Source: a virus. Taken from it: 61,488 nt of DNA. The translations under genes were made by a program, and so were the position numbers. Position 1 is the first letter of the stretch. Each line of letters starts with the position of its first letter. The notes beneath the pieces were generated by a model, which saw only the letters and a program-made list of their open reading frames with translations, made no database searches and was not told the DNA's origin. Where the stretch lies: positions 1-61,488 of the IMG/VR virus record IMGVR_UViG_3300031825_000010, one strand, 5' to 3'. Below, piece by piece: positions 8,898 through 15,821 of this stretch.

Positions 8898-9896
8898 ATG
8901 AGTGATAAAAGCAAGATCGAATGGACAGATGCTACGTGGAACCCGGTCACCGGATGTACGAAGGTGTCGGAAGGCTGCCGGAATTGCTACGCTCTTACTT
9001 TTGCGGAACGGTTTCGCGGGACACCCGGGCATTATTTCGAAAATGGATTCGATATCACGCTTCGGCCTAATAAAATGCTGGAACCACTGAAGTGGCGAAA
9101 AGCGAAGAAAATTTTTGTGAACAGCATGAGTGACTTGTTCCATCCGGAAGTACCGGACGATTTCATTGATCAAGTGTTCGGCGTTATTCTCGCAAATCAT
9201 GTCCTAGACCGGCAAGCCGAACACACATTTCAACTATTAACAAAACGGCCCGAACGCATGCAAGAATATCTCGGAGCCGGACCGGACGTACTGCTCGAAC
9301 GCTGGGGAGAATCACTCGACGGCGTTGTCATCATGGATAATCCGGATGTTTGTTTCTCCGAATATGTGGACCATTTCTTGGACAAAGATGAATTTTTCCC
9401 GCTGCCTAATCTCTGGATTGGCACCAGTGTCGAGAACCAGAAGGCAGCTGTCGAGCGAATACCGCATCTACTTATGACACCGGCGGATGTTCGGTTCCTG
9501 TCATGTGAACCATTACTCGGATCAGTTGATTTTTGGGATGTACCTAGTCCGAGAGACGGCCAACCGTTCGAGGTGCTTCAGCCGCTCGGATCGGATTGGT
9601 CAGGCATCAACTGGGTCATTGCTGGCGGTGAGAGCGGCCATGGAGCTCGTCCGGTTCATCCGGACTGGATTAGGTCTCTACGAGATCAATGTCAGGCTGC
9701 AGGTGTGCCGTTCTTCTTCAAACAATGGGGGGAATGGTGGCCATACCCCGATGAGATCAACAAAATGACGGTCAATCGAAACACAAAAGAAGGTGGGAAG
9801 GTCAAGCGCTTTGAGAATTGGTACTTCGAACGGAACGGCAAGAAAGCGGCTGGACGCATACTTGATGGGCAAACGTGGGACGAGTTGCCCCAATAA
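8898..9896 (+). CDS. Phage Gp37/Gp68-family (DUF5131) protein
   Basis: KIEWTDATWNPVTGCTKVSEGCRNCYA at the N-terminus and IAGGESG..RP near the C-terminus. Confidence 0.8.
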   Translation: MSDKSKIEWTDATWNPVTGCTKVSEGCRNCYALTFAERFRGTPGHYFENGFDITLRPNKMLEPLKWRKAKKIFVNSMSDLFHPEVPDDFIDQVFGVILANHVLDRQAEHTFQLLTKRPERMQEYLGAGPDVLLERWGESLDGVVIMDNPDVCFSEYVDHFLDKDEFFPLPNLWIGTSVENQKAAVERIPHLLMTPADVRFLSCEPLLGSVDFWDVPSPRDGQPFEVLQPLGSDWSGINWVIAGGESGHGARPVHPDWIRSLRDQCQAAGVPFFFKQWGEWWPYPDEINKMTVNRNTKEGGKVKRFENWYFERNGKKAAGRILDGQTWDELPQ

Positions 9897-9939
9897 AAAC
9901 AAAAGGAGCATAGAGGGGAATATTTATCCCTCTTGCTCC
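9895..9939 (-). terminator. Intrinsic terminator of the minus-strand XRE operon (hairpin between convergent genes)
   Basis: 12-bp stem GGAGCA(T)AGAGGG / CCCTCTTGCTCC. The U-tract is present only on the minus strand (plus-strand AAAAACAAAA). Confidence 0.6.
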
Positions 9940-9956
9940 TCAACAATGAACTAAGA

Positions 9957-10157
9957 TCATGATCGAAAATGAATTGAGACAGAATCTACTTTTGCAATTG
10001 TTTCTCCAGTTGCTGCATTCGCAATTGAAACATCATGGCCGACAACGCACTTCGAATCCAAGATATTTGTTATTAGTGACATGGCATGATCGGCTCCAAT
10101 TAATCCGCCAACCCATCTTCTTTGAACATCTTGAATTTCGTCAAATTTAGTTTTCAT
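9957..10157 (-). CDS. Hypothetical small protein co-transcribed with the XRE regulator
   Basis: 66-aa ORF overlapping the XRE gene end by 11 nt and followed by the terminator. Confidence 0.5.
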   Translation of the reverse strand: MKTKFDEIQDVQRRWVGGLIGADHAMSLITNILDSKCVVGHDVSIANAATGETIAKVDSVSIHFRS

Positions 10158-10374
10158 TTACGTCCTCCTCGGGAATATATTCAACAAGTTCATCAATCGA
10201 TTTAACGTTGAGAGCCCTTGCTATTTTTTCGAGATTTTCCGGTGACCACTGTTTAGCTTTGTTATTGACCATATCGCTCACAGTATTCGGTCTAATGCCC
10301 GTTGCAATGTGAAGCTTATACATAGACCATTCCGGTCGTTTCTCAAGTATCTTATCAATCTTTAATCGGATCAC
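10147..10374 (-). CDS. XRE-family helix-turn-helix transcriptional regulator
   Basis: MYKLHIATGIRPNTVSDMVNNKAKQWSPENLEKIARALNVKSIDELV. GTG start with SD GGAGGAGG. Confidence 0.8.
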   Translation of the reverse strand: MIRLKIDKILEKRPEWSMYKLHIATGIRPNTVSDMVNNKAKQWSPENLEKIARALNVKSIDELVEYIPEEDVNEN

Positions 10375-10395
10375 GTTATTACCTCCTCCGTTTCT

Positions 10396-10424
10396 AATGT
10401 AACAAAAAAAGTTTAACGAATCAA
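10396..10424 (-). promoter_or_regulatory. Putative sigma-A promoter of the XRE gene
   Basis: Minus strand reads TTGATT-17 nt-TACATT, upstream of the SD and GTG. Confidence 0.45.
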
Positions 10425-10434
10425 GTTAAAAGTA

Positions 10435-10463
10435 TTGACGCTTAACGAAATTCGTTATATTAT
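10435..10463 (+). promoter_or_regulatory. Putative promoter of the small-ORF/ribozyme operon with an embedded palindromic operator
   Basis: TTGACG-17 nt-TATTAT. The spacer contains the perfect palindrome TAACGAAATTCGTTA (10443-10457). Further TTAACGAA half-sites are nearby. Confidence 0.55.
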
Positions 10464-10502
10464 TAGTACAGACGATAAACGTTAAACGAAATGAGTTATT
10501 AA

Positions 10503-10697
10503 GTGGAGGGAATGACGATGATCTCAAAAGCGCTGCAAGCCGCTGGATATGATTGTGAACCGACGAGAGAGAACCTGATCGAATGCTTCATGGATTACAT
10601 TGCTGCAGGTTACTGGTCGAACTCAGATGATCTGATGGACGATTACAATTGCGGGTTGTTGACGGACAATCAAATCTGCCGGGCATTGATGCAGTAA
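10503..10697 (+). CDS. Hypothetical small protein (start 10503, 10512 or 10518)
   Basis: First ORF after the promoter, with SD GGAGGG. Confidence 0.5.
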   Translation: MEGMTMISKALQAAGYDCEPTRENLIECFMDYIAAGYWSNSDDLMDDYNCGLLTDNQICRALMQ

Positions 10698-10735
10698 TTA
10701 ATAAGCCTATAAGGGCAGGGAGGTATAAGGGGATT

Positions 10736-10957
10736 ATGGTCATAAAAGAAGATGGATATCAGCCCTACTTCCGCGCCTTCATATTACATCAGAGATTGAA
10801 GATAGGGGACGAGGTTACGGGTCATGAATACATCACCTGGAACATGAATAAATGGAGTGAGTGGCGGAAGCTAAATGGCATACCACAGCATTTCCCAGCA
10901 ACACCAGAACATCATCGCGCTTTTGGAAAATGGCTATTTGAGACAATCCCCGCCTGA
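10736..10957 (+). CDS. Hypothetical small protein (73 aa) whose stop codon lies in a hammerhead core
   Basis: ATG 10736 follows SD GGGAGG. The ORF ends ..ETIPA-TGA-TGA inside CUGAUGA. Confidence 0.55.
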   Translation: MVIKEDGYQPYFRAFILHQRLKIGDEVTGHEYITWNMNKWSEWRKLNGIPQHFPATPEHHRAFGKWLFETIPA

Positions 10958-11024
10958 TGATGACCGGAGGGAAACCGGTCGAAACCATCTCGTTGACTTC
11001 AACGAAATGGTCGCGGATATCCGC
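10947..11024 (+). ncRNA. Hammerhead ribozyme motif, type I topology (copy 1)
   Basis: CCGC-CUGAUGA(10954-60)-U-GACCGG/CCGGUC-GAAA(10981-84)-11-bp stem III-GUC|GCGG. Predicted cleavage is after 11012. Confidence 0.85.
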
Positions 11025-11047
11025 AAAAAAACTTGGGAGTGATAACA

Positions 11048-11191
11048 ATGCAAATAACATTCAAAGTTTCAATGGAAACCAAATCCGGGAAAGTGGTTTC
11101 GGGGATCGTGAAAGCAACCAATGAAAAGATGGCCCAGCTTATCGCCTCTAAGAAGTTTAAAGGGAACAAGAACATCACCGTTTCCGCCTGA
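11048..11191 (+). CDS. Hypothetical small protein (47 aa; absent from the ORF track because it is under 60 aa)
   Basis: SD GGGAG, then ATG 11048. MQITFKVSMETKSGKVV..NITVSA-TGA-TGA, with the stop inside the copy 2 core. Confidence 0.5.
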   Translation: MQITFKVSMETKSGKVVSGIVKATNEKMAQLIASKKFKGNKNITVSA

Positions 11192-11258
11192 TGATGGCTG
11201 GATGGACACCAGCCGAAACCATGTCGTTGCTTCTAACGATATGGTCGCGGATATCCGC
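11181..11258 (+). ncRNA. Hammerhead ribozyme motif, type I topology (copy 2)
   Basis: CCGC-CUGAUGA(11188-94)-U-GGCUGG/CCAGCC-GAAA(11215-18)-10-bp stem III-GUC|GCGG. Predicted cleavage is after 11246. Confidence 0.85.
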
Positions 11259-11280
11259 AACAAACAGAGGAGGGAATCAA

Positions 11281-11454
11281 ATGTACAATGTATCTTTCGA
11301 TGGCATTCAAACCAAACTGCAACGCGCATCGGAGAAAGAGGTTAAAAATTTCCTTTCGCTCTTCAACTGCAAACCGAGAGTCGAGGAAAATGTAGGCATC
11401 GTCGGAAAATGGATCAGCAAAGGTGGAAGGTATATTGATGTAACGTCCGCCTGA
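11281..11454 (+). CDS. Hypothetical small protein (57 aa)
   Basis: SD GGAGGG, then ATG 11281. Ends ..IDVTSA-TGA-TGA inside the copy 3 core. The upstream part of track ORF 11191..11454 overlaps ribozyme 2. Confidence 0.55.
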   Translation: MYNVSFDGIQTKLQRASEKEVKNFLSLFNCKPRVEENVGIVGKWISKGGRYIDVTSA

Positions 11455-11513
11455 TGAGTCTGGAGGGACACCGGACGAAAGACCGTCGTGATGACGGACT
11501 CGCGGATATCCGC
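11444..11513 (+). ncRNA. Hammerhead ribozyme motif, type I topology (copy 3, canonical core spacing)
   Basis: CCGC-CUGAUGA(11451-57)-GUCUGG/CCGGAC-GAAA(11477-80)-stem III-CUC|GCGG. Predicted cleavage is after 11501. Confidence 0.8.
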
Positions 11514-11617
11514 TTAACGTTCGCCAAGCACGGTGGACGCTATGATGGCCCGGTGCAATTCGGCCACTTTACATAGATGCTCTATGAAAATCAAATAAGA
11601 TCACGGAGGCAGAGAGA

Positions 11618-11809
11618 ATGAAAGTATGGGTAACTGTCTATGAGTACAAGGGGTATAAAATCGAAGTCCTAAACGGTGCTGGAATCAACGATCCCATGAA
11701 TTACAGAACGAACCCTCCACTTCCCGGACAAGATCATGATTGCAATTGTTTGGCTTGTACTTTCTCAACGATCGGAAATGCAATCGAAGCCATCGACAAA
11801 TTGAATTAA
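11618..11809 (+). CDS. Hypothetical small protein
   Basis: SD GGAGG, then ATG; 63 aa. Confidence 0.5.
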   Translation: MKVWVTVYEYKGYKIEVLNGAGINDPMNYRTNPPLPGQDHDCNCLACTFSTIGNAIEAIDKLN

Positions 11810-11811
11810 GC

Positions 11812-11832
11812 TCAGGAAAATTTTCCTTACCT
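11812..11832. repeat. Conserved palindromic element, copy A (TCAGGAAAATTTTCCTTACCT)
   Basis: Near-identical 21-mers occur at 18796-18816, 30556-30576 and 42003-42023. The core AGGAAAATTTTCCT is a perfect palindrome. Confidence 0.8.
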
Positions 11833-11853
11833 CATATGAAGGGAGAGATAAGA

Positions 11854-12033
11854 ATGATTAACCTCTCAGAATTGGACAAGCAACCAGCAGAAGTACAAGA
11901 GGCTGCCGCGTTTTATGCATCGTTCGGGGTAACGACAACGGCCTACACCAAGGAAGAACGCGAACACTTCTACACGATCCTGGAGAACGCCGGATTGATT
12001 GAGAAGGTCGGTGAGTTCTATGGAACAAACTAA
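11854..12033 (+). CDS. Hypothetical small protein (59 aa)
   Basis: SD GGGAGAG, then ATG 11854, 22 nt after palindrome copy A. Confidence 0.5.
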   Translation: MINLSELDKQPAEVQEAAAFYASFGVTTTAYTKEEREHFYTILENAGLIEKVGEFYGTN

Positions 12034-12199
12034 GGAACCAGATCATTCCCGCTGCCTAGTTTTCCGCCGAAAGCTTAAAAATCCGCACCACCGCCGGAGC
12101 GGAATAGGTCCAAAATGTAAGCAGAAACAACATGCACGCAGAGTTGAAAAAGCAACACAGATCGAATTCAATTTCTAAACGGAAGGGTGGGGCGAAACG

Positions 12200-12883
12200 A
12201 TGTCTCATCAAACATTTTGGAAGCCAGAAAAACAAGTGAAGGAAAAACCGCGTAATAGTCTCCTTAACCGGAAACCGAAGGAGAGAAAGGAAGTTCCAGA
12301 GTGGAAGAGGGGCATTCTTTCGCATCATCTCTCCAATCCATCGAGAGCAGATCGAGCAGAGTTCCCGAGAGATGTAATCGCGGCGGCTATCGAACGGTCG
12401 GGCGGAATCTGCCAGTACTGCAAGAAGGTTCCCTGCACAACGACGCATCACGTCAAGGGTCGCGGCGGGAGGGATGGACGGGGAGTCCTCTCCAATGCCT
12501 ATCGTGTTTGCGGAAAATGTCATATTGAGATCGAAGGGAGCGAAGAAAAGAAACAAGAGATCATCGAATTATATCGGCAATTATACGGCGAGTTCTTCTG
12601 GTTTGATCAGCAAGATTGGGATGAATACGGGCGCAAACAAGCGGCATCACGAACGGCAGAGGAAGAACAAAAACAACGCATGGAACGGATTAACCCTGTG
12701 ATTGATTTGTTGGCAGCGGCGGCTGGAAGAAGATTAAAAGCCGGAGAAATCCGTTTGATTGATGGGATGGACGATAGAGAAGTTGCAATATTCGCAAAAC
12801 TCATGTCCGATGTTGTTTCTGCTGGTTCAGATCCGGTTAAGCCAAAAGGTTCTGAAGCATATGGACATTATTTTGAAGATTAA
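12200..12883 (+). CDS. HNH-nuclease domain protein
   Basis: GGICQYCKKVPCTTTHHVKGRGG..VCGKCHIEIE shows the CxxC..HH..CxxCH arrangement. Confidence 0.7.
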   Translation: MSHQTFWKPEKQVKEKPRNSLLNRKPKERKEVPEWKRGILSHHLSNPSRADRAEFPRDVIAAAIERSGGICQYCKKVPCTTTHHVKGRGGRDGRGVLSNAYRVCGKCHIEIEGSEEKKQEIIELYRQLYGEFFWFDQQDWDEYGRKQAASRTAEEEQKQRMERINPVIDLLAAAAGRRLKAGEIRLIDGMDDREVAIFAKLMSDVVSAGSDPVKPKGSEAYGHYFED

Positions 12884-12899
12884 TGGCGGTGTGGATGAT

Positions 12900-13100
12900 A
12901 TGCCTAGTGGTTGCATACTTGACTGGTGTCCTTACTGTCGCGAGGCGGTATGGGAAGACCAATATTGGAAACTCACTCCGTCCAGACGTCTGGCGCATCA
13001 GGGGTGTCATCAACTGCCTGTGAGAGTACAAGGAGAAGTCATCTCGGACGAGTCGGATGGAACGGTCAGAACAATACGAATATTGGAGGATAGACCATGA
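12900..13100 (+). CDS. Hypothetical Cys-rich small protein
   Basis: MPSGCILDWCPYCREAVW..HQGCH. ATGA overlap with the downstream gene. Confidence 0.4.
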   Translation: MPSGCILDWCPYCREAVWEDQYWKLTPSRRLAHQGCHQLPVRVQGEVISDESDGTVRTIRILEDRP

Positions 13101-13591
13101 AAGCTATAACGATACATCAACCATGGGCGTCACTTATCGCTATTGGGGCAAAACGATTTGAGACGCGAGGGTGGAAGACGAATTATCGCGGGCCGATTGC
13201 GATTCATGCAAGCAATAAAGACCCGCACGATATGATGCAGTCGTTACCTCACAGGTTGCAGGTGTCGATTTACGATTCCTTTTATGATCATTTCAACATA
13301 GCATCTGGAGCGCTAAAACGGATGCCGACAGGAGTAATTGTGGCAACTGCAATTCTCACTGAATGTTATGAGGTGCATATCGACCATACAGGGGATATCA
13401 TGCTGCTGATCGGGGGAATCCCAAAAGTATGGATTGGGCAGGATTCTCCGGAAGCTAACTACGGTCATTACGCAAATGGTCGTTATGCATGGGCGCTGAC
13501 TGACGTTCAACGGCTACCGGAGCCAATGCCGGCCAAAGGGCAGCAAGGACTCTGGAACTGGACAAAGGAAGGTGAATCCAATGAGCATTAA
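13097..13591 (+). CDS. ASCH-domain protein
   Basis: MKAITIHQPWASLIAIGAKRFETRGWKTNYRGPIAIHAS is the classic ASCH N-terminus. Confidence 0.75.
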   Translation: MKAITIHQPWASLIAIGAKRFETRGWKTNYRGPIAIHASNKDPHDMMQSLPHRLQVSIYDSFYDHFNIASGALKRMPTGVIVATAILTECYEVHIDHTGDIMLLIGGIPKVWIGQDSPEANYGHYANGRYAWALTDVQRLPEPMPAKGQQGLWNWTKEGESNEH

Positions 13592-14075
13592 TAAACAAGC
13601 GTTGTTGGAATGGCTGCAAGGAGAAGTTCTGATAACTGTCTTCGGAAACGGTAACTTGAACACAATTAGGCAAACCGTTTTTTCAAACCTCGTCGATGAA
13701 ATTCAATCAGGTCGTTTCGACTCTCCATCCGATGATCTGGTGTGGTCGGCGTTGGAGGTCGTGAAAATCCACATTCAAGCCGGAAGAAACGATTTAGCCA
13801 TGATTGACATTGACGAAGCCATCTCTATCATAACCGAACAAATAGGTGCGCAGCGGGTGATGGAATCGATCGAGAATATTGAAGATGAAATGTGCGATGA
13901 CTTCTCTCCACGCGCACAACGCATTAACGAACAACTGAATAAACTTCGTCAAATTTTCGGCATCAACATACCGGATAATGGTGGATTACCGACAATGGAA
14001 GATGTCCTGATAGATGAACCTATGCCAATTACCTTGCCGGAAGGAAACGAGAACGCTGGAGTAAGCGCTGAATAG
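13572..14075 (+). CDS. Hypothetical protein
   Basis: 167-aa ORF in the operon. Confidence 0.55.
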   Translation: MNPMSINKQALLEWLQGEVLITVFGNGNLNTIRQTVFSNLVDEIQSGRFDSPSDDLVWSALEVVKIHIQAGRNDLAMIDIDEAISIITEQIGAQRVMESIENIEDEMCDDFSPRAQRINEQLNKLRQIFGINIPDNGGLPTMEDVLIDEPMPITLPEGNENAGVSAE

Positions 14076-14104
14076 TAGATCCATTTTGCGAAGGAGCAGA
14101 TTAT

Positions 14105-14410
14105 ATGTCAAATCAAACTGTTGTTGTGAACTACCAGACTCAAAAGCACTACTGCGCCTGCTGCAACCAAAAGTTGCCGGAAGCAGAAACGAGCAAGCCG
14201 AGGGAGTTTGAAATCAGCAAAGAAGACGCGTTGCACTGGGCAAACTGGAAGGATGCCGCAGAGTATCCCGAGGATTTGGAGAGCATGGTTGATGAATTTG
14301 TCTATGAAATCATCAAATTTCATGCAGTAGATTCAAATGTAAAACTTATCATCGAAGAAAGTGAAGTGGAGAAAGTCAGAGAGTTTATTTTGCGAGAAGT
14401 TGTTGCGTAG
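14105..14410 (+). CDS. Hypothetical protein
   Basis: SD GGAGCAG, then ATG; 101 aa. Confidence 0.55.
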   Translation: MSNQTVVVNYQTQKHYCACCNQKLPEAETSKPREFEISKEDALHWANWKDAAEYPEDLESMVDEFVYEIIKFHAVDSNVKLIIEESEVEKVREFILREVVA

Positions 14411-14527
14411 TTCGAACAAAGTATGAACTATGCCGCAGGCCCCCGAATCGACCGAATCATCATAGCGTCAGCGGAGTCCGTACAAGCCCTTTAAATCATC
14501 TCCCCAAGGGAGACAGGAGGATAGACA

Positions 14528-14791
14528 ATGCAGTTCGTGAAACTCGAAACGCGAGATCAATTCATGGATTTGAAAAAGGGAGATTGTGTAATCGTGGAAT
14601 GGAAGCCGGGATCGAAGGAATACAAGCTCGGAACACCGATCACCGCCAACAATATTCACGGAATGCACAACGGAAACGAACTTATCCTGAACAAAAAATC
14701 AAACTCATATTTCAACATCGACATGCTGCTGCGCGGAGAATCAAACGCATCACAAGCCTACTTGATTCAGACAGGAGGAACGATGGAATGA
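14528..14791 (+). CDS. Hypothetical protein
   Basis: SD AGGAGG, then ATG; 87 aa. Confidence 0.5.
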   Translation: MQFVKLETRDQFMDLKKGDCVIVEWKPGSKEYKLGTPITANNIHGMHNGNELILNKKSNSYFNIDMLLRGESNASQAYLIQTGGTME

Positions 14792-15051
14792 GTGATACAC
14801 TCTCCAGCAAAATTGTAATCACTCGCAAGACACATGCCTGTTTCGGATGTGCTCTCGAATATCCAGCAGGAACAAACATGCATGCCGTATCTGTTGCGGA
14901 TAGCGGGAAAGTCGAAACGAATTACTGGTGCGAGACGTGTCAAACGTATTGGGAACGAAACATGAAGCATGGTGACGAAATCGGTTTTGGTGAATTGCGC
15001 ATTGAAGATCGAGAAGGATGGGAAGCGATAAACAAGGAGGTATCCCCATGA
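14788..15051 (+). CDS. Hypothetical zinc-ribbon-like protein
   Basis: ATG 14788 (ATGA overlap). CFGC..WCETC Cys pairs. Confidence 0.5.
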   Translation: MSDTLSSKIVITRKTHACFGCALEYPAGTNMHAVSVADSGKVETNYWCETCQTYWERNMKHGDEIGFGELRIEDREGWEAINKEVSP

Positions 15052-15611
15052 CTAAACCTATAAGCAACACATCCCCTATGTCAGGGATAGCGGAAGAGAT
15101 ACGGAAGGCATTGGATGCGGCACATGAATACACACTTTTCGCAGATACGGAGCCGCACCCGGGAAATGAAAATTTGCAGTATTGGGTTGGAGACCATTAT
15201 GACGGTATCGGAGCTTACGTGTCATATGAAGATGCTTATTTAGCCGCCAACGCTCCTACATGGCTCCGTACTCTGCTAGAAGAGAACGAACGCATTATCA
15301 AAGAGAGGGATAAGTGGGAGGCGAAAGCGAGGATACAATACCGTCTGCATAACGAAATGATTGAAGAAGCAAGAAGTTATCGAGAAGAACTAGAACAGGT
15401 GAAGAAAGAACGGGACGCATGGGAAAACCACACAGCGAAAGCTACCAAGCAAATCGGTTCCCTCCGTTCCCAACTCGCAGAAAAGGATAAGGTACTGGAA
15501 TGGGCTTATAGACTAATCAATCAAAACAGCATAAGCGAAGTGGAAGGCATGACATGGATTAGGGAATACCGTTCCATCCTATCCCGGTACAAGGGGGAAG
15601 AAACGAAATGA
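15048..15611 (+). CDS. Hypothetical coiled-coil protein
   Basis: SD AGGAGG, then ATG 15048. The C-terminal half has heptad-like E/K-rich repeats. Confidence 0.55.
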   Translation: MTKPISNTSPMSGIAEEIRKALDAAHEYTLFADTEPHPGNENLQYWVGDHYDGIGAYVSYEDAYLAANAPTWLRTLLEENERIIKERDKWEAKARIQYRLHNEMIEEARSYREELEQVKKERDAWENHTAKATKQIGSLRSQLAEKDKVLEWAYRLINQNSISEVEGMTWIREYRSILSRYKGEETK

Positions 15612-15821
15612 ACAAAGACAAACTTTTAGGCTTTATACTTGGCTGTGGAATCGCTTGGTTGATAGTCGGAATCGTTACTATCGGAGGTTGGTGGGATGCC
15701 TAATATGCAGTCTATACTGGGAAAGTCCGACATGTCTATCGCGGCGTGGTAAAAAATCCGCAGTAAAAACGAAGATAATCCGAGTTAACATAATAGCAAG
15801 TTAGAAAAGGGGTGATTGTAA

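Noticed and set aside
11013-11024. GCGGATATCCGC palindromes (three copies) read as a stand-alone protein-binding or restriction-type site.
   Set aside because: They occur only immediately 3' of each predicted hammerhead cleavage site, and their first four bases pair with the CCGC strand of stem I. They are better explained as part of the ribozyme units.
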